From a virus (lineage: Duplodnaviria; Caudoviricetes): 54,588 bases of DNA. The notes beneath the pieces are model-generated. The model did not search any database. It was not told the origin of the DNA and saw nothing but the letters and a program-made list of their open reading frames with translations. The position numbers and the translations under genes were made by a program. Location: IMG/VR virus record IMGVR_UViG_3300034072_002231, positions 1 to 54,588 of that record. One strand, 5' to 3'. Below, piece after piece: positions 1 through 9,054 of the stretch; position 1 is the stretch's first letter, and the number at the start of each line of letters is the position of its first letter.

Positions 1-225
1 ATGAAAAAGAACATAGACCTTGCCACAATCAAAAAATTTATCCTTGCCAACGCACTTACCGATAATGTTATGCTGATGCTTCACCCGTCTAATTTTGACA
101 AGCTGGTGGCAAACAGCGCTAAAAAAGCAAAGTCGCTTTGTATATCGGGTATTAATATTATTGCCGATGATAACGACGAGATAAGCGAGGATGAGATTGA
201 CGTACTTGAAGTTAAATTTAACTAA
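1..225 (+). CDS. Hypothetical protein (host side), paralog of next ORF
   Basis: 74-aa ORF; shares I-x-L-x-x-[IL]-x-x-[FY]IL...LHPxx[FY]D pattern with 235..474. Confidence 0.7.
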   Translation: MKKNIDLATIKKFILANALTDNVMLMLHPSNFDKLVANSAKKAKSLCISGINIIADDNDEISEDEIDVLEVKFN

Positions 226-234
226 GCTGTTACT

Positions 235-474
235 ATGAGACGTCACATTTGCCTAGATATGCTGCAGGAGTACATACTGGAGCACAACCTATCTGAATAT
301 GAAACCATTATACTTCACCCCGATGACTATGATGTTATTGCAGCAGAGTTTTTTAACGAAAATGAGCTGATGATATTCAGGCCGGTTGAAGTGCTGGGCA
401 CAAAAATAACCGAAGACACACACGGCGATGTAAGGCGAAACCAGGTTATTGTTTTACCTGCCGTAGCTTCGTAA
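235..474 (+). CDS. Hypothetical protein (host side), paralog of previous ORF
   Basis: 79-aa ORF, 9 bp after previous stop, followed by terminator. Confidence 0.7.
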   Translation: MRRHICLDMLQEYILEHNLSEYETIILHPDDYDVIAAEFFNENELMIFRPVEVLGTKITEDTHGDVRRNQVIVLPAVAS

Positions 475-492
475 ATTGTAATTAATTGGTTT

Positions 493-525
493 AAAAAGCC
501 GCACCTGTACAGGTGCGGCTTTTTT
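493..525 (+). terminator. Rho-independent terminator (possibly bidirectional)
   Basis: AAAAA GCCGCACCTG TA CAGGTGCGGC TTTTTT. Confidence 0.85.
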
Positions 526-587
526 GTTTTGGCAAATATTTAACATTTAGATTTTTTTTGTAGATTAGTACTTAAATCCAACTAATT

Positions 588-1484
588 ATGAACACTGAAC
601 AAGAAATAATAAAGAAACAAGAAGATATAATTAAAGTTCTTGAAAATAGGATCATTCAAGCTACGGATACAATAAATAATCAAAATGCAACTATCTCTTC
701 ATTCAGTACAGCATATACTGTTGCCGGTTGGTTGTTAGGTATATTGGCATTTATATCAACTTTTGCTATTTATTTATTTGGTATAAAACCTTCGGAGGAA
801 GCAATTGATAACCTAGAAAATACAATGGATGGGAAAATCATAGAATATTTTAATGACAAGCATACTGAAGACATGAAATACGCTATTAATAACTTGGAAT
901 CAGATAATGTTCAAAATCAAAATAAAGGTTTATATTATTTACAATTAAACTTATATGACTCTATACCGGAAGATAAATTATATAGAATTGTAAACATTGC
1001 TAAATCAAATAAATTGAATGAACAGCAATTTTATGCATTAACTCAATATCTATATTATTCAGATTCTAAAATTGTTAAAGAATATTTTGAATACATACTA
1101 ACTACTAATAGTTATAATGTTAGCGTAAAAAATATATCTGCTAATTATTTTACGAAACCTAGTCAAATATTAAAAGGACTAGAGACTATAAAAAATTATG
1201 TAATCAATTCAAAAGATGCTTCAAATGATTTTTCTGACTTAATAAGAAATTTCATAGAAACAAATAATAAGGAAGCGGTAACTTTTCTTATTAATGATAT
1301 AGCTATAGTTAAAGCAGTAAAAGAACATGGAGAATCGCTTGGAATGACATATGATGAGTTTCGTTACTATTTATATATTAATCATTTAGGTGGTATTTTT
1401 GAAATGAATGAGCTAAAAAAAACTTACATGTATAAAAACTTTAACGACAAACTTCTCGAAAATATTACAGGAACAGATGATTAA
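588..1484 (+). CDS. Hypothetical membrane-anchored protein
   Basis: 298 aa, AT-rich, N-terminal coiled coil then one hydrophobic helix (VAGWLLGILAFISTFAIYLFG). Confidence 0.75.
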   Translation: MNTEQEIIKKQEDIIKVLENRIIQATDTINNQNATISSFSTAYTVAGWLLGILAFISTFAIYLFGIKPSEEAIDNLENTMDGKIIEYFNDKHTEDMKYAINNLESDNVQNQNKGLYYLQLNLYDSIPEDKLYRIVNIAKSNKLNEQQFYALTQYLYYSDSKIVKEYFEYILTTNSYNVSVKNISANYFTKPSQILKGLETIKNYVINSKDASNDFSDLIRNFIETNNKEAVTFLINDIAIVKAVKEHGESLGMTYDEFRYYLYINHLGGIFEMNELKKTYMYKNFNDKLLENITGTDD

Positions 1485-1495
1485 TTATCATAAAC

Positions 1496-1529
1496 AAAAA
1501 ATCCCGCAACAGTTATGTTACGGGATTTT
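1496..1529. terminator. Bidirectional terminator; original downstream terminator of the target tRNA
   Basis: AAAAAATCCCGCAACA...TGTTACGGGATTTT hairpin immediately downstream (minus strand) of the tRNA 3' fragment. Confidence 0.7.
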
Positions 1530-1538
1530 ATCTTTTTC

Positions 1539-1556
1539 GTAGCGAAGACGGGATTT
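1539..1556 (-). other. Prophage att core: duplicated 3' end of a tRNA (probably tRNA-Met)
   Basis: Minus strand reads AAATCCCGTCTTCGCTAC, a T-arm 3' side plus acceptor stem as recalled for Bacteroidota tRNA-Met; the sequence diverges from tRNA upstream, so it is a fragment, not a gene. Confidence 0.7.
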
Positions 1557-1624
1557 AATCATCTTCAAACTATTAGCCTTTCTTCCTGAATTTCAATTAA
1601 CTTACTACTTATATAATGCTATAT

Positions 1625-1642
1625 TTGACCCAAAATTGACCC
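1625..1642. repeat. Putative integrase arm-type binding sites
   Basis: Direct repeat TTGACCC at 1625-1631 and 1636-1642, about 70 bp inside the att core. Confidence 0.45.
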
Positions 1643-1650
1643 GGGCGAAA

Positions 1651-1968
1651 CTATTTTTTTTTACTTATAAAATTAGCCTTCAAAATTGAAAGCTTGTGCT
1701 CAATATCTTCTATTACAGCTAAACTATTCGGATATGTCATTTCAGTTTCAACTACTGAACTAATACCTTTTTCTTCTTTCTTAAACAAATGGTTAAAGTC
1801 CACGTCAGGATACGCCTGATAGAGCTTTAATAAAAACTCCATATTCGGGTTTCTACCGTTCAGGTACTGGCTCATGGAACTTTTACTGTATCCCATTTTT
1901 TCGGCAGCAGCTACCTGGCTTTCTCCTTTAGCTTTAAAAAATAATTTAAGCTTGTCGTGAAACTCCAT
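1651..1968 (-). CDS. XRE/HTH_3 family phage repressor
   Basis: SQVAAAEKMGYSKSSMSQYLNGRNP helix-turn-helix; divergent from early operon; no S24 autocleavage domain. Confidence 0.85.
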   Translation of the reverse strand: MEFHDKLKLFFKAKGESQVAAAEKMGYSKSSMSQYLNGRNPNMEFLLKLYQAYPDVDFNHLFKKEEKGISSVVETEMTYPNSLAVIEDIEHKLSILKANFISKKK

Positions 1969-2014
1969 AGTTTAGAATTATTATAAATTATATACTTATT
2001 TGTAATTTATTTTT

Positions 2015-2089
2015 ATCAAAAGTAAACAATATTGTAAACTTTGATTAAGTTTGTGACACAATGATTAATGCTGTGACAAAAGTAAACAA
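2015..2089 (+). promoter_or_regulatory. Early rightward promoter with candidate operators
   Basis: Bacteroidota -7 box TAAGTTTG at 2046-2053; CAAAAGTAAACAA at 2017-2029 and 2077-2089; imperfect inverted repeat 2015-2045. Confidence 0.55.
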
Positions 2090-2372
2090 AAAAACAAAGT
2101 CTGTAGATGTGCAGATGCACATAAAGTCATCATTCGACTTTATAAATGACCATCTTCCAGATGTTTATGCAGAAAAGGTACTTAAAAAGCTAAAGTATAT
2201 GGGTATTACAAACATTTCTGCAGGCACGATAAGGAATGTAAAAATGCGCGGAGCAGAAAAATGTAATAATATTCCTGTTCTTACGGCTTTACTGGAAGTA
2301 GCAAAAGAAAATAAGAAAGTAAAAGAAGATCTTCTAAGTGCACTTTCTGAAATAAAATCAACTAAAAGTTAA
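2061..2372 (+). CDS. Cro-position early protein, possible DNA-binding
   Basis: First gene divergent from repressor; basic, ISAGTIRNVK helix. Confidence 0.6.
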   Translation: MINAVTKVNKKTKSVDVQMHIKSSFDFINDHLPDVYAEKVLKKLKYMGITNISAGTIRNVKMRGAEKCNNIPVLTALLEVAKENKKVKEDLLSALSEIKSTKS

Positions 2373-2377
2373 CATAT

Positions 2378-2941
2378 ATGTCAGGTTCAACACACAAAGT
2401 TTATCCTGGTTTGCTTTGCAATTCGATTGAATTTTTTAATGACGGACACAACTTAAAAATTTTATCTGGTGGAAAAGTTAAGCCCTTTGATGAACTATCA
2501 TTTATGCATATTCAAATCATTAGCGAAGCTATCCAGGCAAATCCTGAAATTGAGAAGGAACTTAAAAGAATGCATCCGGACTCCGAAATGAAAAGGATAG
2601 AGCAATTTGCAATATGTAATTTCTCAGGTCTTGATTATGTTCCGGATATTCAGAATTACGTATTGCAGGAAGGTGAATACTGGGATTGCCCCAAAAAAGG
2701 ATGTTGTTTAGGCGAAGGGATAATATGCAAGCCATTGATGTATAATGGCAATAAGATCATAGGGCAGGAAATAATGCTGATAAAATTGCTTACCACAGAT
2801 AAAACAAATGAAGTTATTGCATCAGAATTATCCATGCCAATGGGTACTTTCCACTTCCTCAAAAAGAATCTGTATCAAAAACTGAACGTTTCCACAAAAC
2901 AGGAAATTACAATTATTGCCATACATCTGAATATTATATAA
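2378..2941 (+). CDS. Transcription regulator with C-terminal LuxR-type HTH
   Basis: TNEVIASELSMPMGTFHFLKKNLYQKLNV LuxR HTH; Cys cluster CPKKGCC-x5-C upstream. Confidence 0.75.
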   Translation: MSGSTHKVYPGLLCNSIEFFNDGHNLKILSGGKVKPFDELSFMHIQIISEAIQANPEIEKELKRMHPDSEMKRIEQFAICNFSGLDYVPDIQNYVLQEGEYWDCPKKGCCLGEGIICKPLMYNGNKIIGQEIMLIKLLTTDKTNEVIASELSMPMGTFHFLKKNLYQKLNVSTKQEITIIAIHLNII

Positions 2942-2975
2942 GTACTGCACTCATAATAAACACATCACTTACAAT

Positions 2976-3188
2976 ATGGATTTTAAACAAATACAGTCAA
3001 AAATAAATCTGCTTAATGCCCAGCTCAGGCAGCTTACAGATTCAGGAATTTTCTCGGCTGCAGAAGTAGAGAGGCTTTCATTCCCAATAAATTTAGAGCT
3101 GAAGTCCCTAAACTTTCAGTTAGAGCAATTATTGCCTGCCGACGGAGTAAATGAAATTAATGTTGCGTTTCCCGAAATAGTATCATAA
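2976..3188 (+). CDS. Hypothetical phage protein
   Basis: 70-aa ORF tightly packed before primase. Confidence 0.65.
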   Translation: MDFKQIQSKINLLNAQLRQLTDSGIFSAAEVERLSFPINLELKSLNFQLEQLLPADGVNEINVAFPEIVS

Positions 3189-3190
3189 TA

Positions 3191-6049
3191 ATGGCATACG
3201 TAAAAGATACAGATATACTAGATGTTACAAATGGAGGTTTAGAAATTATCCTTTACTACTATCCGGATGCAGGCAAGGTAATTCATAAGTCCGCTAGGAG
3301 GTTTAAGATTCGGCAAAGCGAAAAAACTGCATCAGCATCTCTCAAACAGCTTGAAAATGGTGTTTGGGTAGTTACAGATTTTGGCGGAGACTCAAAGCCC
3401 CGCAATGGTATCCATGTCTGCGCGCTTGAAGAAGGCATTAGCTATGCAGAGGCCTGCAATGTATTGGGTGTACGCTACAATATAAAGGGTGCAGGAATTG
3501 AACCGGTAAAGCCCCGTATAGTAAAACGTCCGCTTGAGTCGCATGAATCTTCAGGAGATTTTTTGTTCGAGGCTAAAGACTTTACAAAACAAGAGCTTGC
3601 ACTATTAGGTCCGCGGGTAAATGCAGTTCATTGCAAAGAGTACAGCTTGGTTTCGCTTGCCTCAGTTACCTATTGTAAAGAAAACGAAGCCACAGTAATA
3701 TATTCAACTCCGGAATATCCAATATTCATGTTCGATTTTGGCACCTGGCAAAAAATATATCAGCCAAATGCATCAGAAAAGCGTTGGCGGTTTCAGTATG
3801 CTGGGGTTAAGCCTTCACGGCACATGTTCGGTCTGGATATTTTAAAGCGGGAGTTTGCCGATACCAAAAAAAAGCAGGAAGAAGAAAGCCTTGACGATAT
3901 TGATGAAGCACAGGACAATAAGAAAAAGAAGAAGGATCCAAGGCTTGATGCAGTTTTCCTTTGCTCCGGTGGCAGTGATGGCTTAAACTTAAGAAGTTTT
4001 GGCAAAATTGCCATTTGGTTCAATTCAGAGTCAGAGCACTTAGAATATGCAGAGTATAGGGATATAAAGCGGATGGCAAAAGAAATCTACTATGTGGCCG
4101 ATATAGATAGTTCCGGCATTAAGCAGGCGGTTGCCCTCGGCCTTAAGTACCTCGATATAAAATTACTTTGGCTGCCGGAAAAGCTTAAAACATTCAGGGA
4201 CAAGCGGGGCAATCCGCGAAAGGACTTTAAAGACTATGTAGAAATATACTACAGGCACGAAGAAAAAACCCTCGTGTTCCAAAATGGCTTTAATAAATTA
4301 ATTGATAATGCATTGCCGCTCCAGTTCTGGACAGAGCATTATGATAAAGAAGGCAAGCTCAAATTCAATATATCCAATACAAGGCTGTATCATTTTTTAG
4401 AAATGCTGGGCTTTGGGCGATATGAAAGCGACAACTTTAAAGATGGTTACATCTATGTTCGCAAAGATGGCAACATCGTTAAGATACTTGAGCCATATCA
4501 AATAGCAAACTTTATACATTACTTCCTGGCAGATAGGGGCATGTCTCCGGACTTGCGAGATTACGTTTACAGAAGCCCGCAGCTAAATGAAAAGAGCTTC
4601 TCTAATCTGCCGGCAATAACTATAGATTTTACAAGTGCATACAAGCACACGCAGTATCAGTTCTATACAAATAGAATTTTAAAAATTACCCCTCAGGGGA
4701 TAGAAGAGCTCAGGCATGGCGATATAGATAATTATGTTTGGGAAGACAAAGTAATAGACTTTAACCTCCGGCTGTCAGAGCCGCACTTTGATATTAAGGT
4801 AGATAAAGACGGCGATATGGATATAAAAATCCTTAAGCACGACAATATGTTTTTTAACTTCCTGATAAATGCCAGCCGAATCCACTGGAAACAGGAACTG
4901 GAAGAAGCCTTTGAAGGCAGACCGCAAAAAGAAGCCGATGAATATTTTGCAGCCAATAAATTCAATATTGCAGGGCCAAATTTAAGCGCCGATCAGCAAT
5001 TAGAGCAAAAGCTGCACCTGATAAATAAGATATACTCAATAGGCTACCTACTGCACAATTATAAAAACTATAACAAGCCCTGGGCAATCTTTGCCATGGA
5101 TAATAAAATATCAGAGCTTGGCGAAAGCCATGGCGGTTCCGGTAAATCGTTATGCTACTCGTTCCTTAATAAAGTGCTCAAGCGAAGGCATTACCTAAAA
5201 GGGCGCGACCCCAAGCTCACACAAAACGAATTCATCTATTCCGGGGTAACAGAAGATACAGATTACATAATGGTAGATGACTCTACCCAGTACCTAAACT
5301 TCGATTTTTTCTTTTCAGAAATTACAGGTTCGCTAAAGGTAAACCCTAAAAACAAAGACCCTTATGAAATACCTTTCGAAAAGTCACCCAAGTTTGTATT
5401 CACTTCAAACTTTGGAATGCGCAATATGGATCCCTCAACATTCCGAAGGCTGCTCATAACAGTATTTTCAGATTACTATCACTCCAGCCAGGATAATGAC
5501 GAGTACAAGCAGGCGCGCAAAGTATCAGACGATTTTGATGGCCGCAACCTTTTTACAGACTTCAGCGAAAGCGATTATAACGATGTGTACAACTTTTGGG
5601 CACAGTGCATAAAGTTTTACCTGAGCCATGAGCAAAAAGTAGATCCGCCTATGGATAACGTTACAAAAAGAAACCTGCAGGTAGAAATGGGCGATGCCTT
5701 TATGGGCTGGGCAGATGCATTTTTTGATACAGAAGATGTTACAGGCCACAAAAAATACCTCGATGCCTTTTTTAGCAAAGAAGCTGCCTTTGATGAGTTT
5801 GCCAGGGCAAGCAAAACAAAGTGGACGGCCAACAAGTTTAAAAAAGCCATGAAAGCATACTGCCACTGGAACAACTGGGTGTTTAACCCAAAAGAATACC
5901 AAAACACACAGGGGCGCATTATCCAGAAGATAGAGGGCAAAAGCCAGGAAGCATTCTACATCGGTACATCGCTACACTCGGCGCTTGCCAATGTGCACAG
6001 GGCGCTAAAAGATGATGAAGACGATGGTACAACAGTTTTTGACAGATAA
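3191..6049 (+). CDS. DNA primase-helicase (Toprim-like plus P-loop NTPase)
   Basis: VADIDSSG DxD Toprim motif; Walker A GGSGKS, Walker B IMVDD, FTSN motif C (SF3-like). Confidence 0.85.
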   Translation: MAYVKDTDILDVTNGGLEIILYYYPDAGKVIHKSARRFKIRQSEKTASASLKQLENGVWVVTDFGGDSKPRNGIHVCALEEGISYAEACNVLGVRYNIKGAGIEPVKPRIVKRPLESHESSGDFLFEAKDFTKQELALLGPRVNAVHCKEYSLVSLASVTYCKENEATVIYSTPEYPIFMFDFGTWQKIYQPNASEKRWRFQYAGVKPSRHMFGLDILKREFADTKKKQEEESLDDIDEAQDNKKKKKDPRLDAVFLCSGGSDGLNLRSFGKIAIWFNSESEHLEYAEYRDIKRMAKEIYYVADIDSSGIKQAVALGLKYLDIKLLWLPEKLKTFRDKRGNPRKDFKDYVEIYYRHEEKTLVFQNGFNKLIDNALPLQFWTEHYDKEGKLKFNISNTRLYHFLEMLGFGRYESDNFKDGYIYVRKDGNIVKILEPYQIANFIHYFLADRGMSPDLRDYVYRSPQLNEKSFSNLPAITIDFTSAYKHTQYQFYTNRILKITPQGIEELRHGDIDNYVWEDKVIDFNLRLSEPHFDIKVDKDGDMDIKILKHDNMFFNFLINASRIHWKQELEEAFEGRPQKEADEYFAANKFNIAGPNLSADQQLEQKLHLINKIYSIGYLLHNYKNYNKPWAIFAMDNKISELGESHGGSGKSLCYSFLNKVLKRRHYLKGRDPKLTQNEFIYSGVTEDTDYIMVDDSTQYLNFDFFFSEITGSLKVNPKNKDPYEIPFEKSPKFVFTSNFGMRNMDPSTFRRLLITVFSDYYHSSQDNDEYKQARKVSDDFDGRNLFTDFSESDYNDVYNFWAQCIKFYLSHEQKVDPPMDNVTKRNLQVEMGDAFMGWADAFFDTEDVTGHKKYLDAFFSKEAAFDEFARASKTKWTANKFKKAMKAYCHWNNWVFNPKEYQNTQGRIIQKIEGKSQEAFYIGTSLHSALANVHRALKDDEDDGTTVFDR

Positions 6050-6061
6050 ACAGCAAGCACT

Positions 6062-6262
6062 ATGGCAACAACAAATGCATATACGCTAAACGAGATACGA
6101 AAAATATTTGAAGCCTGCACAACGCATGACGAGATAGATAAAGCCTGCCTTGCCTTCCGGTGGCTCATACAAAACAACTTTCAGCAGCGCAGCCATCAGC
6201 TGCAGGCCATATCGCTTATCAGGTTTAGCCAGATAATAAAAAAGAGCGATGGAAACAATTAA
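6062..6262 (+). CDS. Hypothetical phage protein
   Basis: 66-aa ORF in operon, overlaps next start. Confidence 0.6.
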   Translation: MATTNAYTLNEIRKIFEACTTHDEIDKACLAFRWLIQNNFQQRSHQLQAISLIRFSQIIKKSDGNN

Positions 6263-6722
6263 AATTATGGCAACACTGGTGCCTGCAAAAAAAGAAGACC
6301 TGTACTTTCCTACCGGAGAGGTAAAAGAATCTACAGTGGTTTTCGAAAAGTCAGCTAAAGACGGGAGATTTAGCGGGCCGCATTTCCTCGAGGTGCACAG
6401 CCTCGGGGCAATTGTGTGCCTTGCCTGCCGCGACTGGTTTTATATAATAAAGCGCGGGCACAACTACACTGCCGGAGAGGTTACCTTTAAGCTTGCCCTG
6501 CGCCGGGCAGAAGTTAACGATTTTAGGTGGTCGCCCTACTACCCCCGCTGGGGCAGGCTCTACTATACAAGTACAGATAAGGCTATGGTATATGGCCCCC
6601 ACTACCTTACCGAAGATACCGATAAAAAGCAGCTTGCCGCACAACTGCAGGACGGGCATATATGGGTGCCGGCAGAGGGGCAGCAGTTTTATGCACAACA
6701 CTACACAGCCTTGGCATCATGA
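6249..6722 (+). CDS. Hypothetical phage protein with apparent internal duplication
   Basis: 157 aa; two segments ending SGPHFL and YGPHYL. Confidence 0.65.
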   Translation: METIKIMATLVPAKKEDLYFPTGEVKESTVVFEKSAKDGRFSGPHFLEVHSLGAIVCLACRDWFYIIKRGHNYTAGEVTFKLALRRAEVNDFRWSPYYPRWGRLYYTSTDKAMVYGPHYLTEDTDKKQLAAQLQDGHIWVPAEGQQFYAQHYTALAS

Positions 6723-6901
6723 CGCGGCTGCAGCGCCTGCAGTTCCTGCTGGGGGCATTGCAGGATATTGCCCGGATAGATAATGCCGGTAAGGTTATTT
6801 ATATAAATTGGAATGTGCAGCTAAGCCCGGTGCATGCCCATGACATTGCCGAGCTTAAAGCGGAATATTTGTATAGGGTGCAGTATGAGATTACATGCTG
6901 A
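6719..6901 (+). CDS. Hypothetical phage protein
   Basis: ATG at 6719 overlaps previous stop (ATGA); MTRLQRLQFLL... Confidence 0.55.
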   Translation: MTRLQRLQFLLGALQDIARIDNAGKVIYINWNVQLSPVHAHDIAELKAEYLYRVQYEITC

Positions 6902-7031
6902 ATCTAAATGAAAAAACATAACTGAAGTAGTTATTACAACTAAGTAAAATAACTTGGCCACAAGTAATTTTTATTATATATTTTTGCAACTAATTAATAC
7001 CTTTAAGTAATTATACTTGAATTAGTCGCAA

Positions 7032-7928
7032 ATGGCCAGCAAAAAATCAAATAGCCCCTTAAGATATCCCGGAGGCAAAGCGTGTCTTACTGATTTTATT
7101 ACGAATCTGGTAGAGCGGAATAACCTTACTGGGGGTACATACTTAGAGCTATATGCAGGTGGAGCTGGTGCAGCCTTAAATCTCCTTTTTAATAAAGTTT
7201 TTGATAGAATTCATATTAATGATTTTGACTATCACGTTTATTGTATTTGGGATTCGATATTAAATGATACAGAAAATTTTATTCGTCTGATTAATGACAC
7301 TCCTATTACCATAGCTGAATGGCATAGACAACAAATTATTTTTAAGCAAGGAAGAAATGTTGACAATCTTTCGTTAGGATTTGCGACTTTTTTTCTCAAT
7401 AGGACTAATAGATCAGGCATAATTTTTAAGGCAGGCCCAATCGGTGGATTAAATCAAGAGGGAAATTATTTAATTGATGTACGCTTCAATAAGTCTGATT
7501 TAATTAAAAGAATTATAAAAATTGCAGATTACGGTAATTCTATAATTTTAACAAACCATGATGCGGTAGAAATAATAAATAATATTGGTGGTTTTGAGTA
7601 TAATCTTGATGATTTATTTATTTATCTCGATCCTCCATATTATAATAAAGGAAAGCAACTTTATTTAAACAATTATGCACATGATAATCATTTAGTTTTA
7701 GCTACTTCAGTTGAAAATTCTTTACATAATTTGCGTTGGCTTATATCCTATGATAATGTTGAACCTATTAAAAAAATGTATAATAGATTTAGGATGTCAA
7801 CATTTGATCTTAACTATACATTGCAAAGTAAAAAGTTCGGGAGTGAACTATTAGTCTTTTCTGATAATTTAGATTTGCCTGACTCAATCACAGTTAATAA
7901 CAGAAATAATCTACTGACATTAATTTAA
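7032..7928 (+). CDS. D12-class (Dam-like) N6-adenine DNA methyltransferase
   Basis: SPLRYPGGK, ELYAGGAG SAM-binding motif, YLDPPY catalytic motif. Confidence 0.92.
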   Translation: MASKKSNSPLRYPGGKACLTDFITNLVERNNLTGGTYLELYAGGAGAALNLLFNKVFDRIHINDFDYHVYCIWDSILNDTENFIRLINDTPITIAEWHRQQIIFKQGRNVDNLSLGFATFFLNRTNRSGIIFKAGPIGGLNQEGNYLIDVRFNKSDLIKRIIKIADYGNSIILTNHDAVEIINNIGGFEYNLDDLFIYLDPPYYNKGKQLYLNNYAHDNHLVLATSVENSLHNLRWLISYDNVEPIKKMYNRFRMSTFDLNYTLQSKKFGSELLVFSDNLDLPDSITVNNRNNLLTLI

Positions 7929-7929
7929 T

Positions 7930-9051
7930 ATGACTAACCCAATTGAACATATCAGTCCAGATCAGTTACATTTTGATTATAGAAATCCAAGGATAGCTGA
8001 ATTTGGCGTGAGTATTGACGACCCCGAACAAGATATTATTAAAATATTATGGGATGTAATGGATGTGCAGGAAATTGTTCTTTCCATTAAAGCTAGTGGA
8101 TTTTTTACACATGAACCATTAATTGTCATTAAAGAAAATGACAAGAATATTGTTATAGAGGGTAATCGAAGGTTAGCAGCAATAAAATGTATTGTAAATC
8201 CTGATATTGCAGATTATATTGGAATTAATGGTAATCTTTTACAGGTTGACGAAGGAATTAGAGGACAACTTCAATCTATTCCAATTATTTATGTTGATGA
8301 TAGAAAGGAAGCTTGGAGATATATTGGCTTTAAACATATTAATGGCCCTGCCAAATGGGGCAGCTACGCGAAGGCTCAATATATTTCAGAGATAAAGAAT
8401 GAGTTCAACATTCCACTAAGTCAAATTGCAATACAAATAGGAGATACTCATAATACTGTACAAAAACTTTATCAGGGCTTACAAGTAATTGAACAAGCTG
8501 AAAGTGTAGGTATTTTTGACAGAACTGACATAACAGCCAATCGATTATATTTTTCGCATTTGTACACTGGATTAGGGTATGAAGGATTTAAAGATTTTCT
8601 TGGTTTAAAAAATATCTCAGAAGAAACAGAAAATCCAGTCCCTGCTGATAAAATTGAAAATCTTGGGGATTTATTAACATGGATGTATGGTAGTAAAAAA
8701 CGAGAAATACCGGCGGTCATAAGATCTCAAAATCCAGATTTAAGAAATCTTGAAGAAGTAGTTAAAAATAAAGAATCTTTATTTGCTTTAAGAGATGGTG
8801 TTTCGCTTGCGCAAGCACTGGAAATTAGCAAACCTAAAACTCAGACATTTGAACAGAGTTTATTAGAGGCAAAAAGAGCTCTTCAGAGAGCTCAAACATA
8901 TTTCACAGAAGGATTTGATGGTAAAGATGAAGCTCTATTAAAACAGGCAGGTACTATAGCTCAAATTGCTGATGATTTATATGAATCAATGGTACAGAGG
9001 CATCGATTAATATTGAATAACGGAAAAAAAGATCGCGAATTCAAAGAATAG
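7930..9051 (+). CDS. ParB/Srx N-terminal domain protein
   Basis: FDYRNPR, EPLIV and VIEGNRRLAAIK ParB-like motifs; 1 bp after MTase stop. Confidence 0.85.
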   Translation: MTNPIEHISPDQLHFDYRNPRIAEFGVSIDDPEQDIIKILWDVMDVQEIVLSIKASGFFTHEPLIVIKENDKNIVIEGNRRLAAIKCIVNPDIADYIGINGNLLQVDEGIRGQLQSIPIIYVDDRKEAWRYIGFKHINGPAKWGSYAKAQYISEIKNEFNIPLSQIAIQIGDTHNTVQKLYQGLQVIEQAESVGIFDRTDITANRLYFSHLYTGLGYEGFKDFLGLKNISEETENPVPADKIENLGDLLTWMYGSKKREIPAVIRSQNPDLRNLEEVVKNKESLFALRDGVSLAQALEISKPKTQTFEQSLLEAKRALQRAQTYFTEGFDGKDEALLKQAGTIAQIADDLYESMVQRHRLILNNGKKDREFKE

Positions 9052-9054
9052 TCT

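Noticed and set aside
1539-1556. Complete tRNA gene
   Set aside because: Only 18 nt of the 3' end match; no TTC T-loop, anticodon or D arm upstream
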